Below, piece after piece: positions 38,640 to 51,285 of a DNA stretch of 64,000 nt (position 1 is its first letter; each line of letters opens with the position of its first letter). The notes beneath the pieces were generated by a model. That model worked only from the letters and a program-made list of their open reading frames with translations. It ran no database searches and was not told the DNA's origin. A program made the position numbers and the translations under genes. This DNA is from Mobula hypostoma (taxonomy: Eukaryota): contig NC_086117.1 in NCBI RefSeq assembly GCF_963921235.1, forward strand, positions 29,264,001 through 29,328,000, in the 5' to 3' direction.

Positions 38640-39950
38640 AAAGAGTGACCTATTTTGTATTTTGTTTGAAGATACTAACAGAGCCCCAACAATAGTGGGA
38701 AATCAGGGGGCAAAATGGAGGGAGTAATTTTAAGCAGTAATTATTATTGTGAAAAATATACTAGAGAAATTATTGGACTGATGACACTTGGTCTGTGTCC
38801 TTGCATCCTAAAGAGTGTCTGTAGAGTTATAAATGTTCAATATTCCCTAAAAGCTGGAAAAGTTCAACCACATTGGAAAGCTGTAAATGTAGCACACTCA
38901 CTGAAAGAAGAAGCGAACCAGAGAGCAGGTAGCCTTGAGCTAGTTAATTTTAAATCTATCATTGGGAAAATGCTGCAGTCTAATCCTAAGGGTAATTTTA
39001 GCACAGTAAAGCAGAATAAACATAGTCTAATGAAAGACAAATTATTTTTGATGATTATCAGAGTTTTTGAGGATGTAGTAAGGATGGAAATCCACACAGG
39101 TGAAATATTTGAATTTCTGGAAAATACTCAGTAAAAGACTACTTACTGGATGAGTTAGTTAAAGGCATTGAAGATAATAGGAAATAAAGCCAGGATCGGT
39201 GCTGGATCTGTTGTTGTTTATCGTTTATATTAATAATTTAGATGATAATATGGTAGAATGGATCAGCAAATTTGCAGATGACTCCAAGATTGGGGGCATA
39301 TTGAACAGCAAGGAAGGCTATCAAAGCTTATAGCGGGATCTGGACTAGCAGAGAAAATGGGCTAAAGCATGGTGGAATTTAAAGTAGACAAGTGTGAGGT
39401 GTTGCAGTTTGGGAGGACAAACCAAGGTAAGATTTACATAGTTCAACTGTAATAATTAACAGGAGTGTGAAGGTAAATTGGACTAGGTAGAAGATCATGT
39501 TGGAATGCACAGGTGTGCTGCGGTTGTTAGCAAAACCGCATTTAACATATCTCGCCTTGAGTTTCAGGAGAGATAAACTTGCATAAGTTGCAGTTCAGAA
39601 CAGATTACCTCATTGATCTCTTAGATGAAAGTGTGTCCGATGAAGAAAGCTAGAGCAGTTTGGACAACATACATTGAAATTTAGAAGAGCAAGAGGAGAT
39701 CTTAATGAAGATTTTGAGGGGGTAAAAGGAGAGAATGTATCCCCATGTGGGGGTATTTAAAATTTAAGATTTCATTTCAGAACAAGCAATTGCCAGTTTA
39801 AGAAAGGTTCTTTGGAATTCTCTGCCCCTCGAGAGCTGGGTCAGTGCTGATATGGGGAAAGTTTTGAAATAAAACCAAGGTTAGACGAGTCATGGTTTTT
39901 CTTAATAACTGAGCATTTGTCTTCCCTTGCTCGAATTTCTTCTGTTCATA
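38640..39950 (+). mobile_element. Heavily decayed CR1 fragments
   Basis: WKAVNV, IIGKMLQS and ISKFADDSKIGG (about 39260-39300). Confidence 0.65.
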
Positions 39951-39959
39951 TGAGGTGGG

Positions 39960-41145
39960 ATTGATATCGGTGAAATTGATGTCAGTCTCATTGCTTCTGT
40001 TTCTTTTGGTGTGATCGTTACTAGTATTGAGGCCAGGATTCCAGTACTTTTAGCCATGAATACAATTGATATAATTCCTGTTGGCTATTCTTGCAATGTC
40101 ATTTTGTTTGCTTTGGTTTTTTTTTGTTTGAAGTAATATGGTTGGTTCTGACACAAATTTGTTGATGCATCAGTAAGATGTTTCTTTTTGGTATTTGTGA
40201 GGCTAGACTCCTTTTGGTATAAGTGTAGTGTTGTTGGTGTCAATCCTATTGATGTGATTTCCATTGATTTAATTAATTGATATTGTACAGGTTCATGTTG
40301 ATTAAATTCCCAGAGTATTTTTGTAATTGTGAACAGCAATGACGCGATTCCTGTTCATATAAATATCATTAAGACAAGTCTGGTTGGTTAAATAGTTGTT
40401 ATTGTGATCACAGTAGGTGTTATTAATATGAGTTTGTGTTATAAGGTGTGCCTTTGAGCTCTTCATCTTTGTGAGAATGTTTATGGCTTGATTCCAGTCA
40501 GGCCCACAGGAATGGTACCAACATTGACCATACCAAATAAATCACATCAATAGAAATGTCACCAAAATGTCAGAGACTATAATACCCTTAATGGAATCCT
40601 TCCAACATAGAGTCAAATCAACAACAATTACTTCAGCAGTATGTACACCAACAGCTATTTCACCAGCAGGAATCTTACTAATATAAATCACGTCAGCAAC
40701 AGAAAGCATACCGACTGCAATCAAACCAATTTGAGATACAGAAACTACTGCCATTGATACTAACAGGAATCACATGGACAGGTATAATATTTCAAATCTC
40801 TTACTAGCTCTTCCTTCGGTTAGACCTGACGAAGGGTCTCGGCCCGAAACATCGACTGTACCTCTTCCTAGAGATGCTGCCTGGCCTGCTGCGTTCACCA
40901 GCAACTTTGATGTGTGTAGCTTGAATTTCCAGCATCTGCAGAATTCCTCGTGTTTGCATATCTACAGCAATGCGCCAATGCTCATCAAATAATATCAACC
41001 CCACTTTTGTCACACTGGTCCCAATTACCCTAACTCTAATCTAAGTAATATTAACATCTCCAATGTGATCAAACTCACACTCCCCATCACTCCAATAGAA
41101 TCACAGCAATGGCTGCATGTTGGCCGGGATGAAACATTTCAACAG
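39960..41145. repeat. Second, more decayed array of the same repeat, in both orientations
   Basis: gattcctgtt-type units at about 39960-40460; aacaggaatc-type units at about 40500-40790 and 40960-41145. Confidence 0.5.
40795..40956 (+). mobile_element. Solo PLE pseudo-LTR 3' end with a degenerate hammerhead (40822-40857)
   Basis: Closely matches 8060-8215. The core CTGACGA..GAAAC is intact, but stem I and stem III each carry a mismatch. Confidence 0.85.
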
Positions 41146-41859
41146 AAGGTCACCTGAGATGTAACCTCTCAGCATCTTTGAAAGCACAGCACATCCAGCC
41201 TTGAAGTGGATAGGTTATAGCAGCAGAAGACCTTGAAGATAGACTCAATGGGCACTTTATTAGGTACAGGATTAGTGTATAAGACTGAGGGTGTAGGTGT
41301 ACAGCAACTTGAGCTCTTGAGTTAAATAAGTTCAAAGGCCGTTGTTGGTTCTCTCTGAGGTTATTTGGTTAAAAGTTATTGTTATAAAGTGCTCTATCAC
41401 CCATAGGCATTTAACAGAGAATTCAATGTCTGTAAAGCACATTCCAATGTATGGGTAACTTACATCAAATGATCTATCTGCTATATGACAGATTGTAAAC
41501 TACTTCTCTTTAGTGAAAGAACAATACTAGAGCAGTGGTAATTGTTTATCTCATTGTAAGGCTTTGTAATTAATAGACATCAAAGTGCAATGTATGCTAT
41601 CTTATTTAAGATAGCTCATGGTAAAGTCTTGTATGACTGCAAAGCCCACCTGCAATGTGTGAATTAAGAATTCAATAGTTGTATGACTGTTGCAAGCTAC
41701 TCTTTATCTGAGTATCAGAACTGGAGAAGTAATAGCTTATGTTTTTGTGATATTCAATTCAATGATCTATAGCAGTGCAAGTCTGAAGTACTCTCTCTAA
41801 TGCAGAGGCATGTAACAATGGGTGTGCTATTATCTGAAAAGCTCAATTGAATTGTATAT

Positions 41860-42388
41860 AGAACATAGAATAGTACAGCACAGTACAGGCCCTTCGGCCC
41901 ACAATGTTGTGCCGACCCTCAAACCCTGCCTCCCATATAAGCCCCCACCTTAAATTCCTCCATATACCTGTCTAGTAGTCTCTTAAATTTCACTAGTGTA
42001 TCTGCCTCCACCACTGACTCAGGCAGTGCATTCCAAGCACCAACCACTCTCTGAGTAAAAAACCTTCCTGTAATATCCCCCTTGAACTTCCCACCCTTTA
42101 CCTTAAAGCCATGTCCTCTTGTATTGAGCAGCGGTGCCCTGGGAAAGAGGCGCTGGCTGTCCACTCTATCTATTCCTCATTATCTTGTACACCTCTATCA
42201 TGTCTCCTCTCCTCCTCCTTCTCTCCAAAGAGTAAAGCTCTAGCTCCCTTAATCTCTGATCATAATGCATACTTTCTAAACCAGGCAGCATCCTGGTAAA
42301 TCTCCTCTGTACCCTTTCCAATGCTTCCACATCCTTCCTATAGTGAGGTGACCAGAACTGGACATAGTACTCCAAGTGTGGCCTAACA
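41860..42388 (-). mobile_element. Young CR1 3' fragment, same subfamily as 42862-46400
   Basis: Near-identical inverted match to about 45870-46400. Confidence 0.92.
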
Positions 42389-42861
42389 CTTGTGACATAT
42401 TTTGAGTTAATTGAATCAATGTGTTTATGATGAATTGGAGAATATTCTTCACATGAAGAGTAATACTGGAGTTGGAGGAATGCTTTCTCTCTTTGCAAGA
42501 TCGTTTAGTTCAAAGTAATTCTGGTATGGAGTACTTTATCTTATTTAAAAGCTCTTGGAACACAGAGAGAAGCAATCTGCAAAACTCAGATTCAATGTGT
42601 GAAGAAATGAATCTGTTTAAAGATTGATTGTAAACCACTTCTCTTCATGTGAAGAGCAGGATTGGAGTAAGAGCAGTGGTTCATCTCATTGTAAGACTTA
42701 ACTCTATTCTGTTTAGAACAAAGAAAAATGTCTATAAAGCTGAGTTTGCACTGCACATTGACTGATGCTCCATTTAAACACAACAATGACCCTGACCCTT
42801 CTTGCTTGTTGACGTTGCATTAGTTAGCAACTCAGTAAATGTGGGAGGCTTGATTAATCTA

Positions 42862-45800
42862 TTATCTGGCACTGAGTCTGACCCTGTGGTGCAGAAGGGT
42901 GGGACGGAGAAGAGGAGAGCTGTCGTCATTGGAGACTCTATAGTCAGGGGAGCAGACAGGAGATTTTGTGGACGTGAGAAGGACACCCGCATGGTTTGTT
43001 GCCTCCCAGGTGTCAGGGTCCAGGATGTCTCTGACTGGGTGCACGACATCCTGGTACGAGAGGGAAAGCAACCAGAAGTCGTGATACATGTTGGCACCAA
43101 CAACATAGGCAGGAAGAGGGATGAGGTCCTGAAGTGTGAGTTTCGGGAATTAGGCAGAAGGCTGAAGAACAGGACCTCAAGGGTGACGTTCTCAGGATTG
43201 CTGCCAGTGCTACGTGACAGAGATGGTAAGAATTAGAGGAGATGGCAGTTGAATGCGTGGCTGAGGAATTGGTGCAGGGATCAGGGTTTTAGATTTTTAG
43301 ATCATTGGGATCTCTTCTGGGGAAGGTGGGATCTGTACAGATTGGATGGGTTGCACCTGAACTAGAGGGGGAGCAATATCCTTGCAAGTAGGTTTGCTTG
43401 CATGGTTCGGGAGGGTTTAAACTAATTTGCGAGGGGGATGGGACCCAGAGCAGTGAAAGAAGTGCATGGAGTAAAGCCAGATCTAACATACAGAGAGGCT
43501 TTGAGGAAGGAGAAGCAGAATAAACGGTGTAAAGACAGTAAGGTAGAAGGGCTGAAATGTGTGTACCTCAATGCAAGAAGCATCAGGAACAAAGGTGATG
43601 AACTGAGAGCTTGGATACATACATGGAATTATGATGTAGTGGCCATTACAAGGACTTGGCTGGCACCAGGGCAGGAATGGATTCTCAATATTCCTGGACT
43701 TCAGTGCTTTAAAAGGGATAGAGAGGGCGGGAAAAGGGGAGGAGGGGTGGCATTACTGGTCAGGGATACTATTACAGCTACAGAAAGGGTGGGTAATGTA
43801 GCAGGATCCTCTTTTGAGTCAATATGGGTGGAAGTCAGGAACAGGAAGGGAGCAGTTACTCTATTGGGGGTATTCTATAGGCCCCCTGGTAGCAGCAGAG
43901 ATACAGAGGAGCAGATTGGGAGGCAGATTTTGGAAAGGTGCAAAAATAACAGGGTTGTTATCATGGGTGACTTTAACTTCCCTAATATTGATTGGCACCC
44001 GATTAGTTCCAAGGGTTTAGATGGGGCAGAATTTGTTAAGTGTGTCCAGGATGGATTCCTGCCACAGTATGTGGACAGGCCGACCAGGGGGAATGCCATA
44101 CTAGATCTAGTACTAGGTAATGAACCGGGTTAGGTCACAGATCTCTCAGTGGGTGAGCATCTGGGGGACAGTGACCACCGCTCCCTGGCCTTTATAATTA
44201 TCATGGAAAAGGATAGAATCAAAGAGGACAGGAAAATTTTTAATTGGGGAAAGGCAAATTATGAGGCTATAAGGCTAGAACTTGCGGGTGTGAATTGGGA
44301 TGATGTTTTTGCAGGGAAATGTACTATGGACATGTGGTCGATGTTTAGAGATCTCTTGCGGGATGTAAGGGATAAATTTGTCCCGGTGAGGAAGATAAAG
44401 AATGGTAGGGTGAAGGAACCATGGGTGACAAGTGAGGTGGAAAATCTAGTCAGGTGGAAGAGGGCAGCATACATGAGGTTTCGGAAGCAAGGATCAGATG
44501 GGTCTATTGAGGAATATAGGGAAGCAAGAAAGGAGCTTATGAAGGGGCTGAGAAGAGCAAGAAGGGGGCATGAGAAGGCCTTGGTGAGTAGGGTAAAGGA
44601 AACCCCAAGGCATTCTTCAATTATGTGAAGAAAAAAAGGATGACAGGAGTGAAGGTAGGACCGATTAGAGATAAAGGTGGGAATATGTGCCTGGAGACTG
44701 TGGAAGTGAGCGAGGTACTCAATGAATACTTCTCTTCGGTATTCACCAATGAGGGGGAACTTGATGATGGTGAGGACAATATGAGTGAGGTTGATGTTCT
44801 GAAGCATGTTGATATTAAGGGAGAGGATGTGTTGGAGTTGTTAAAATACATTAGGACAGATAAGTCCCCGGGGCCTGACGGAATATTCCCCAGGCTGCTC
44901 CAGGAGGTGAGGGAAGAGATTGCTGAGCCTCTGGCGAGGATCTTTACGTACTCGTTGTCCACGGGAATGGTACCGGAGGACTGGAGGGAGGTGAATGTTG
45001 TTCCCTTGTTCAAAAAAGGTAGTAGGGATAGTCCGGGTAATTATAGACCAGTGAGCCTTACATCTGTGGTGGGAAAGCTGTTGGAAAAGATTCTTAGAGA
45101 TAGGATCTATAGGCACTTAGAGAATTATGGTCTGATCAGGGACTGTCAGCATGGCTTTGTGAAGGGCAGATCGTGTCTAACAAGCCTGATAGAGTTCTTT
45201 GAGGAGGTGACCAGGCATATAGATGAGGGTAGTGCAGTGGATGTGATCTATATGGATTTTAGTAAGGCATTTGACAAGGTTCCACACAGTAGGCTTATTC
45301 AGAAAGTTAGAAGGCATGGGATCCAGGGAAGTTTGGCTAGGTGGATTCAGAATTGGCTTGCCTGCAGAAGGCAAAGGGTGGTGGTGGAGGGAGTACATTC
45401 AGATTGGAGGATTGTGACTAGTGGTGTCCTACAAGGATCTGTTCTGGGACCTCTACTTTTCGTGATTTTTATTAACAACCTGGATGTGGGGGTAGAAGGG
45501 TTGGTTGGCAAGTTTGCAGACGACACAAAGGTTGGTGGTGTTGTAGATAGTGTAGAGGATTGTCAAAGATTGCAGAGAGACATTGATAGGATGCAGAAGT
45601 GGGCTGAGAAGTGGCAGATGGAGTTCAACCCGGAGAAGTGTGAGGTGGTACACTTCGGAAGGACAAACTCCAAGGCAGAGTACAAAGTAAATGGCAGGAT
45701 ACTTGGTAGTGTGGAGGAGCAGAGGGATCTCGGGGTACATGTCCACAGATCCCTGAAAGTTGCCTCACAGGTGGATAGGGTAGTTAAGAAAGCTTATGGG

Positions 45801-46400
45801 GTGTTAGCTTTCATAAGTCGAGGGATAGAGTTTAAGAGTCGTGATGTAATGATGCAGCTCTATAAAACTCTGGTTCGGCCACACTTGGAGTATTGTGTCC
45901 AGTTCTGGTCACCCCACTATAGGAAGGATGTGGAAGCATTGGAAAGGGTACAGAGGAGATTTACCAGGATGCTGCCTGGTTTTGAAAGTATGCATTATGA
46001 TCAGAGATTAAGGGAGCTAGGGCTTTACTCTTTGGAGAGAAGGAGGATGAGAGGAGACATGATAGAGGTGTACAAGATAAATAAGAGGAATAGATAGAGT
46101 GGATAGCCAGCGCCTCTTCCCCAGGGCACCACTGCTCAATACAAGAGGACATGGCTTTAAGGTAAGGGGTGGGAAGTTCAAGGGGGATATTAGAGGAAGG
46201 TTTTTTTACTCAGAGAATGGTTGGTGCGTGGAATGCACTGCCTGAGTCAGTGGTGGAGGCAGATACACTAGTGAAGTTTAAGAGACTACTAGACAGGAAT
46301 ATGGAGGAATCTAAGGTGGAGGCTTATATGGGAGGCAGGGTTTGAGGGTCGGCACAACATTGTGGGCCGAAGGGCCTGTACTGTGCTGTACTATTCTATG
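42862..46400 (+). mobile_element. Near full-length CR1 LINE: ORF1 SGNH esterase plus ORF2 APE endonuclease-RT, disabled
   Basis: AVVIGDSIVRG, VVIHVGTNN and DGLHLN (esterase); LNARSI, MGDFNFP and GDSDH (APE); DFSKAFD, QGSVLGP and KFADD (RT). Stops at about 43234 and 44131; frameshifts at about 44600 and 46080. Confidence 0.95.
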
Positions 46401-46965
46401 TCAGTCTAGTGGACTCTTAGTCTTTCTTCTCTATCCTGTGGTCAAATGCCAGCCACCAAAGGGCTTCTTGGACACTTCTAGTACTTGCTCAAAGACTCTA
46501 GTTCTGAAATAGCCCTAAGATCTGAACTATGAATAAAATTGGTCATATTCCCTTACCCCCAACTGACAGAAGAGCTGCATATGAAAAGTTTGTGGCTTCC
46601 AGAATCTCTTAATGAGTAAGGGAGAAAAACAAATATAGAGACCTATTTTCAACTGCTTGATTTGGTGCTCACTTTAAGAAAGCTGTAATTACATGATATC
46701 CTTTTATAAGGAAGGTATAGTTGTATTTGAAGGCATTATAAAAAAAGTCACTGGGATGATTCTTGTTTGAAGTGAAGTCAAGCAGCTAGTCCTATAATGA
46801 AAGAATCTAGTAGAAGAACGGGTAATTTTATTGAGATACTTGAGAGTCTGAGGGGATTTGACCGTGTAGGTGTTGTGAAACTATTTTTTCCATGTGGGAA
46901 AATTTTGCAGAGAGGTCATAGTTTCAGAAATGGGAAGGAATTGTTTCTTTTGGTGTTTGGAATTT

Positions 46966-47425
46966 GAAACATAGAAAATCTAAGCACATTACAGGCCCTT
47001 CGGCTCACAATATTGTGCTGACCATGTAACCTACTCTAGAAGCTGCCTAGAAATTCCCTGCCACATAGTCCTCTATTTTTCTAAGCTCCATGTACCTATC
47101 TAAGAGTCTCATAAAAGACTCTGTTGTATCTGCCTCCACCACTGCGGCTGGCAGTGTATTCCCAGTGTGAAAAACTGACCTCTGACATCCCCCTTGTACC
47201 TACTTCCAAGCACCTTAAAACTATGCCCCTGGTGTTAGCCATTTCAGTCCTGGGAAAATTCTCTGACTATCCACACGACCAATGCCTCTCATCATCTTAT
47301 ACACTTCTATCAGGTCACCTCTCATCTTCTGTCCCTCCAAGGAGAAAAGGCCAAGTTCACTCAACCTATCCTCATAAGGCATTCTCTCCAATCCAGGCAA
47401 CCTCCTTGATAATCTCCTCAGCACT
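46966..47425 (-). mobile_element. CR1 3' fragment
   Basis: LPGLERMPYEDRLSELGLFSLE..RGDLIEVYK. Confidence 0.88.
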
Positions 47426-47489
47426 TTTTAAGACAATTCTTTGTCTTAAAGTTTTAAAGGCTGAGTTATTGGCCATATGGGCAGATTTG

Positions 47490-48375
47490 GCTTAGTGGTG
47501 TCATAACAACAACCTCCCACTCAATGTCAGCAGGACCAAGGAACTAATTGTAGACTTCAGGAGAGGGAAACCAGAGGTCCTCGAGCCATTCCCTATCAGG
47601 GGATCAGTGGTGAAGAGGGTCAGTCACTTTAAATTTCAGGGTGTCACTATCTCAGAGGACCTGTCCTGGACCCATCATGTAAGTGTCATTGCAAAGAAAG
47701 CACAACAGCGCCTCCACTTCCTCAAATGTCTGCAGTGATTCAACATGACATCAAAAATCCTGACAAACTTCTATAAATGTGTGGTGGAAAGTATACTGAC
47801 TGGCTGCATTACGCTCTGGTATGGGAACGCCAATGCCTTTGAATGGGAAGTCCTACAAAAGGTAGTGGATTCTGCCCGGTACATAAAGGTAAAGCCCTCG
47901 CAACCATTGAGCACATCTACATGAAACACTGTTGTAGGAAAGCAGCATTTATAGTGAAAGATCCTCACCACCCAGGCCAAGCTCTTTTCTCGCTGCTGCC
48001 ATCAGGCAGAAGGCAGATGTGCCTCAGGATTTGCACCACCAGGTTCAAGAGCAGTTACTACCCCTTAACCATCAGGCTCTTGAACAAAAGAGGATTATTA
48101 CTCTCAGCTATTGAGATGTTCCCAAAACTGATGTTCTCACTTTAAGGTTTCTTGATCTTGTTATTTCATGCTCTCGTTATTTATTGCTATTTACTTATAT
48201 ATGCAGTTACAGTTTGTTGTTTTCTATGCTCTACTTGCCCTTTCATTGATTCTGTTTGTAATTACTATTCTAGAGATTTGCTGAGGATGCCTTCAGGAAA
48301 AGAATCTCAGGGTTGTATATAGTGGCCTGTATGTAACCAGATAATAAATTTTGCTTTGAACTTTTGAACTTTGAT
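47490..48375 (+). mobile_element. Rex1/Babar-like LINE 3' part
   Basis: WCHNNNLPLNVSRTKELIVDFRR, KKAQQRLHFL, KDPHHPG.ALFSLLPSGRR and TTRFKSSYYP; tail with aataaa and (gaacttt)n. Confidence 0.8.
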
Positions 48376-49309
48376 TATTGGCTGGTGGGGCTAGGAATGG
48401 TCGGGGATTTCAGAAACCAATACGAAAGTAGTTTGTGTAATGATTAGATCAGTTATGCTGGTACAGCTTTGAGAGGCTGAATGGTCTACTCCATCTCCAA
48501 TCTCTTACATTCTTATGCTCAAAAATATGCAACATTATGACCAGTCTTTCAATTGCTCCAACTGAATATAAAATGTAGTTTGCCCCGTCAACGGATAAGG
48601 CAATGAAATGAGTTCCTTATTAAACCAAGTTAAAAAACAGGATTTTCTGAGGATATTTTAACTATAGCATGTATCCATGAGGCCGATAAATTCTAAAAAC
48701 ATCCAAAATAATTATCTTTGGGCTGAAGCATACTTCCATCTGGTGACTGTTTATTTGGAGAGCTGTTAGTTATCTTCCTCATTGGTAACTTCTGTGCCTA
48801 TGCATTATAATACAGTAGTGAGAGATAAACTGGAGCTTGGATGTTGGTGCATCAAACTTTCCACTCCATGGCGGATTCTCCATTTAGTAAAAAATGAGCT
48901 GAGGGGCTCAAAACCCCTTTTTACGTAAGGAAGTGGTTGGCATAACTGAGACAGCTCCAGTGGTTGAAGGGGCATTGACTCTACGTACCAAGTTAAGCAA
49001 TTTGCTTATTTTTCTTTGGTTTACTTTATCTTTTTGTTTTAGTTTTCGGCACTCTTAAGGTGTTTTAAACATTCAGCATATTTTGGCTCATGTTGGAATT
49101 GTAACCGCAGAATGGAATATGTATTAACCAGGAACACACACAAAGTACGTGTAGGAACTCAGCAGGTCAGGCAGCATCTATGGAGAGAAATAAACAGTTG
49201 ATGTTTTGGGCCAAGACCTTTCATCAGGACTCAGATGAAGCGTAACTAGGTTATTATGCTTCATCCAAGGAGATCTCTCCAACAGAGATGTCTGCAACAT
49301 ATTATGAAT

Positions 49310-49780
49310 CAGATCAGAATCAGAATCAAGTTTATTATCACTGACATGTCATGAAATTTGTTGTTTTGTGACAGCAGTTCAGTGCAATACATAAAACATA
49401 TATTTTATATATATAATAGAGAGAGAAACAGAGCAAAAGTGAGGTAGTGTTCATGGGTTCATGGTCCATTCAGAAATCTGATGGTGGAAGTGTAGAAACT
49501 GTTCCTAAGACATTGCATGTGTGTCTTCTGGCTTTTGTACTTCCTCCCTTATGGTAGCAATGAGAAGAGGACGTGTTCTGGATGATGAGGGTCCTTAATA
49601 ATGAATGCTGCCTTCTTGAGGCATTGCCTATTGTAGGTGTCCTCAATGGTGGGGAGGCTATTGCTCACGATGGAGTTGAGTGAGGTTTCAATCCTCTGCA
49701 GTTTTTTTTCTGATCCTGTGCATTGGAGCCTCCATATCAAATGGTGATGCAAAACACTTCATGGTACGTCTACAGAATTG
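49310..49780 (-). mobile_element. Rex1/Babar-like 3' fragment
   Basis: LPTIED..KKAAFIIKDPHHPEHVLFSLLP; (tctgat)n tail. Confidence 0.75.
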
Positions 49781-50319
49781 TGCGATTTGCAGTGACAAAG
49801 CCTTTCCTTAAGCCAAACCTCTCATAAAGTGTGTCAAATACTGGACTTTGATACCCTAGAGTTGTCACAGATTGACAGAGGTCCGCTGTGAGTGATATAG
49901 GACAGATGGATACATAGGAGGTCAGGATACAGTGTATCCTGAATGACTTTGCCATGGCATATAGATCCCTGGGTCTTGTTTTGAATGTAAAAAAAGACAC
50001 AAGTCCTAAATCAGCCACCGCCCAACTAGCCATTTAGGTTGACAACATCACCCTTGAAAATGCGGATCACCTTGGCAGCAGTCTGTCCAAATTCTCATGG
50101 AGAGATGCTGTGCCGTGCAAAAGTCTTGGGCACCCTAGCTGTACATATAAATGTCTCTAAGACTTTTGCACAGGACTGTACAACATGGAAACAGGCCCTT
50201 CAGCCCGTCAAATTCATGCCATTCACGCCTATTTACACTCATCATATATTAACCCCTTTCTCACTACATTCTATCAACTCTCCCCTGATGCTACAGCCCC
50301 TCCTACTCACTGACCAATC

Positions 50320-51285
50320 TGGGCATCACGGTAACATTGCAGTTAGCACGGCGCTATTACAGCTCAGGGCAATGGAGCTGGGGTGGATCCAGTAGTCATT
50401 TTCCACATTGGAAGGAATGACATAAGTCAGGGCAGACTGTCAGCTCTGCAAGACAAATTTAAAGAGTTAGGTGGGAAACTGAGGGACTGAGCTGACAAGG
50501 TGGTCTTCTTGCAATTTCTGCCTATGCCACATATCAGTTCAGGTAAGATGGAAGAGATTAGAAGATTTAATGTGTGGCTCAAACCATGGTATACGTTAGA
50601 GGGACATTGGGGCAGCTTTTAGGGCAGATAGGATGGGTTGCAAGCTGAACTGGAGGGGCACTAATGTACGGGTCAGGCATGTGATTCAGTTAGTTGAGGA
50701 CTGTTTAAGCTCGGGATGGGGGTGAAGGGAACTTAGAACAGGCCAGGCTCAGCTGTTTAAGCACATTAATGGAGAGTGACATATTCAGACATGAACTGAT
50801 TATAGGCTTCAAAAATACAAAAATGGGTTGGAATAGGATGAAGAACATCAGTAATAGACTAAGGATGGCCTGTATACATGCAAGAAGTATTAAGAATGAA
50901 ATAAATGAGCTGGAATTATATGCAAGTCCATGTAATAGCAATAACTAGTTGTCTAGTTGAGAGTAGTACCTCAGAGACTTTCAAATCTATTTCAACACAC
51001 TATGTGAGTAGGGATTTGGCAAGTCTTGTTGGGCCAAAAGGCATGTTCTTGTCAAAAACATTCTAATGTTCTAGTTCGGAGTTCAATTCCGGTGCCATCT
51101 GTAAGAAGTCCTCCCTGTGAATGCATGGGTTTCTTCCCCCATTTCAAAGATGTACTGGTTAGTAGGTTAATTGGTCATTGTAAATTGCCCTGTGATTAGG
51201 TGAGGGTTAAATCGGTGGGTTGCTGGGTGGTGTGGCTCGTTGGGTTGGAAGGACCTGTTCTGCATTTTATCTCCATATAAATAAT
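50320..51285 (+). mobile_element. V-SINE interrupted by an internally deleted CR1 (about 50385-51072)
   Basis: tRNA-like head at 50320-50380; esterase-like VIFHIGRND insert; V domain resumes at 51075. Confidence 0.65.
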
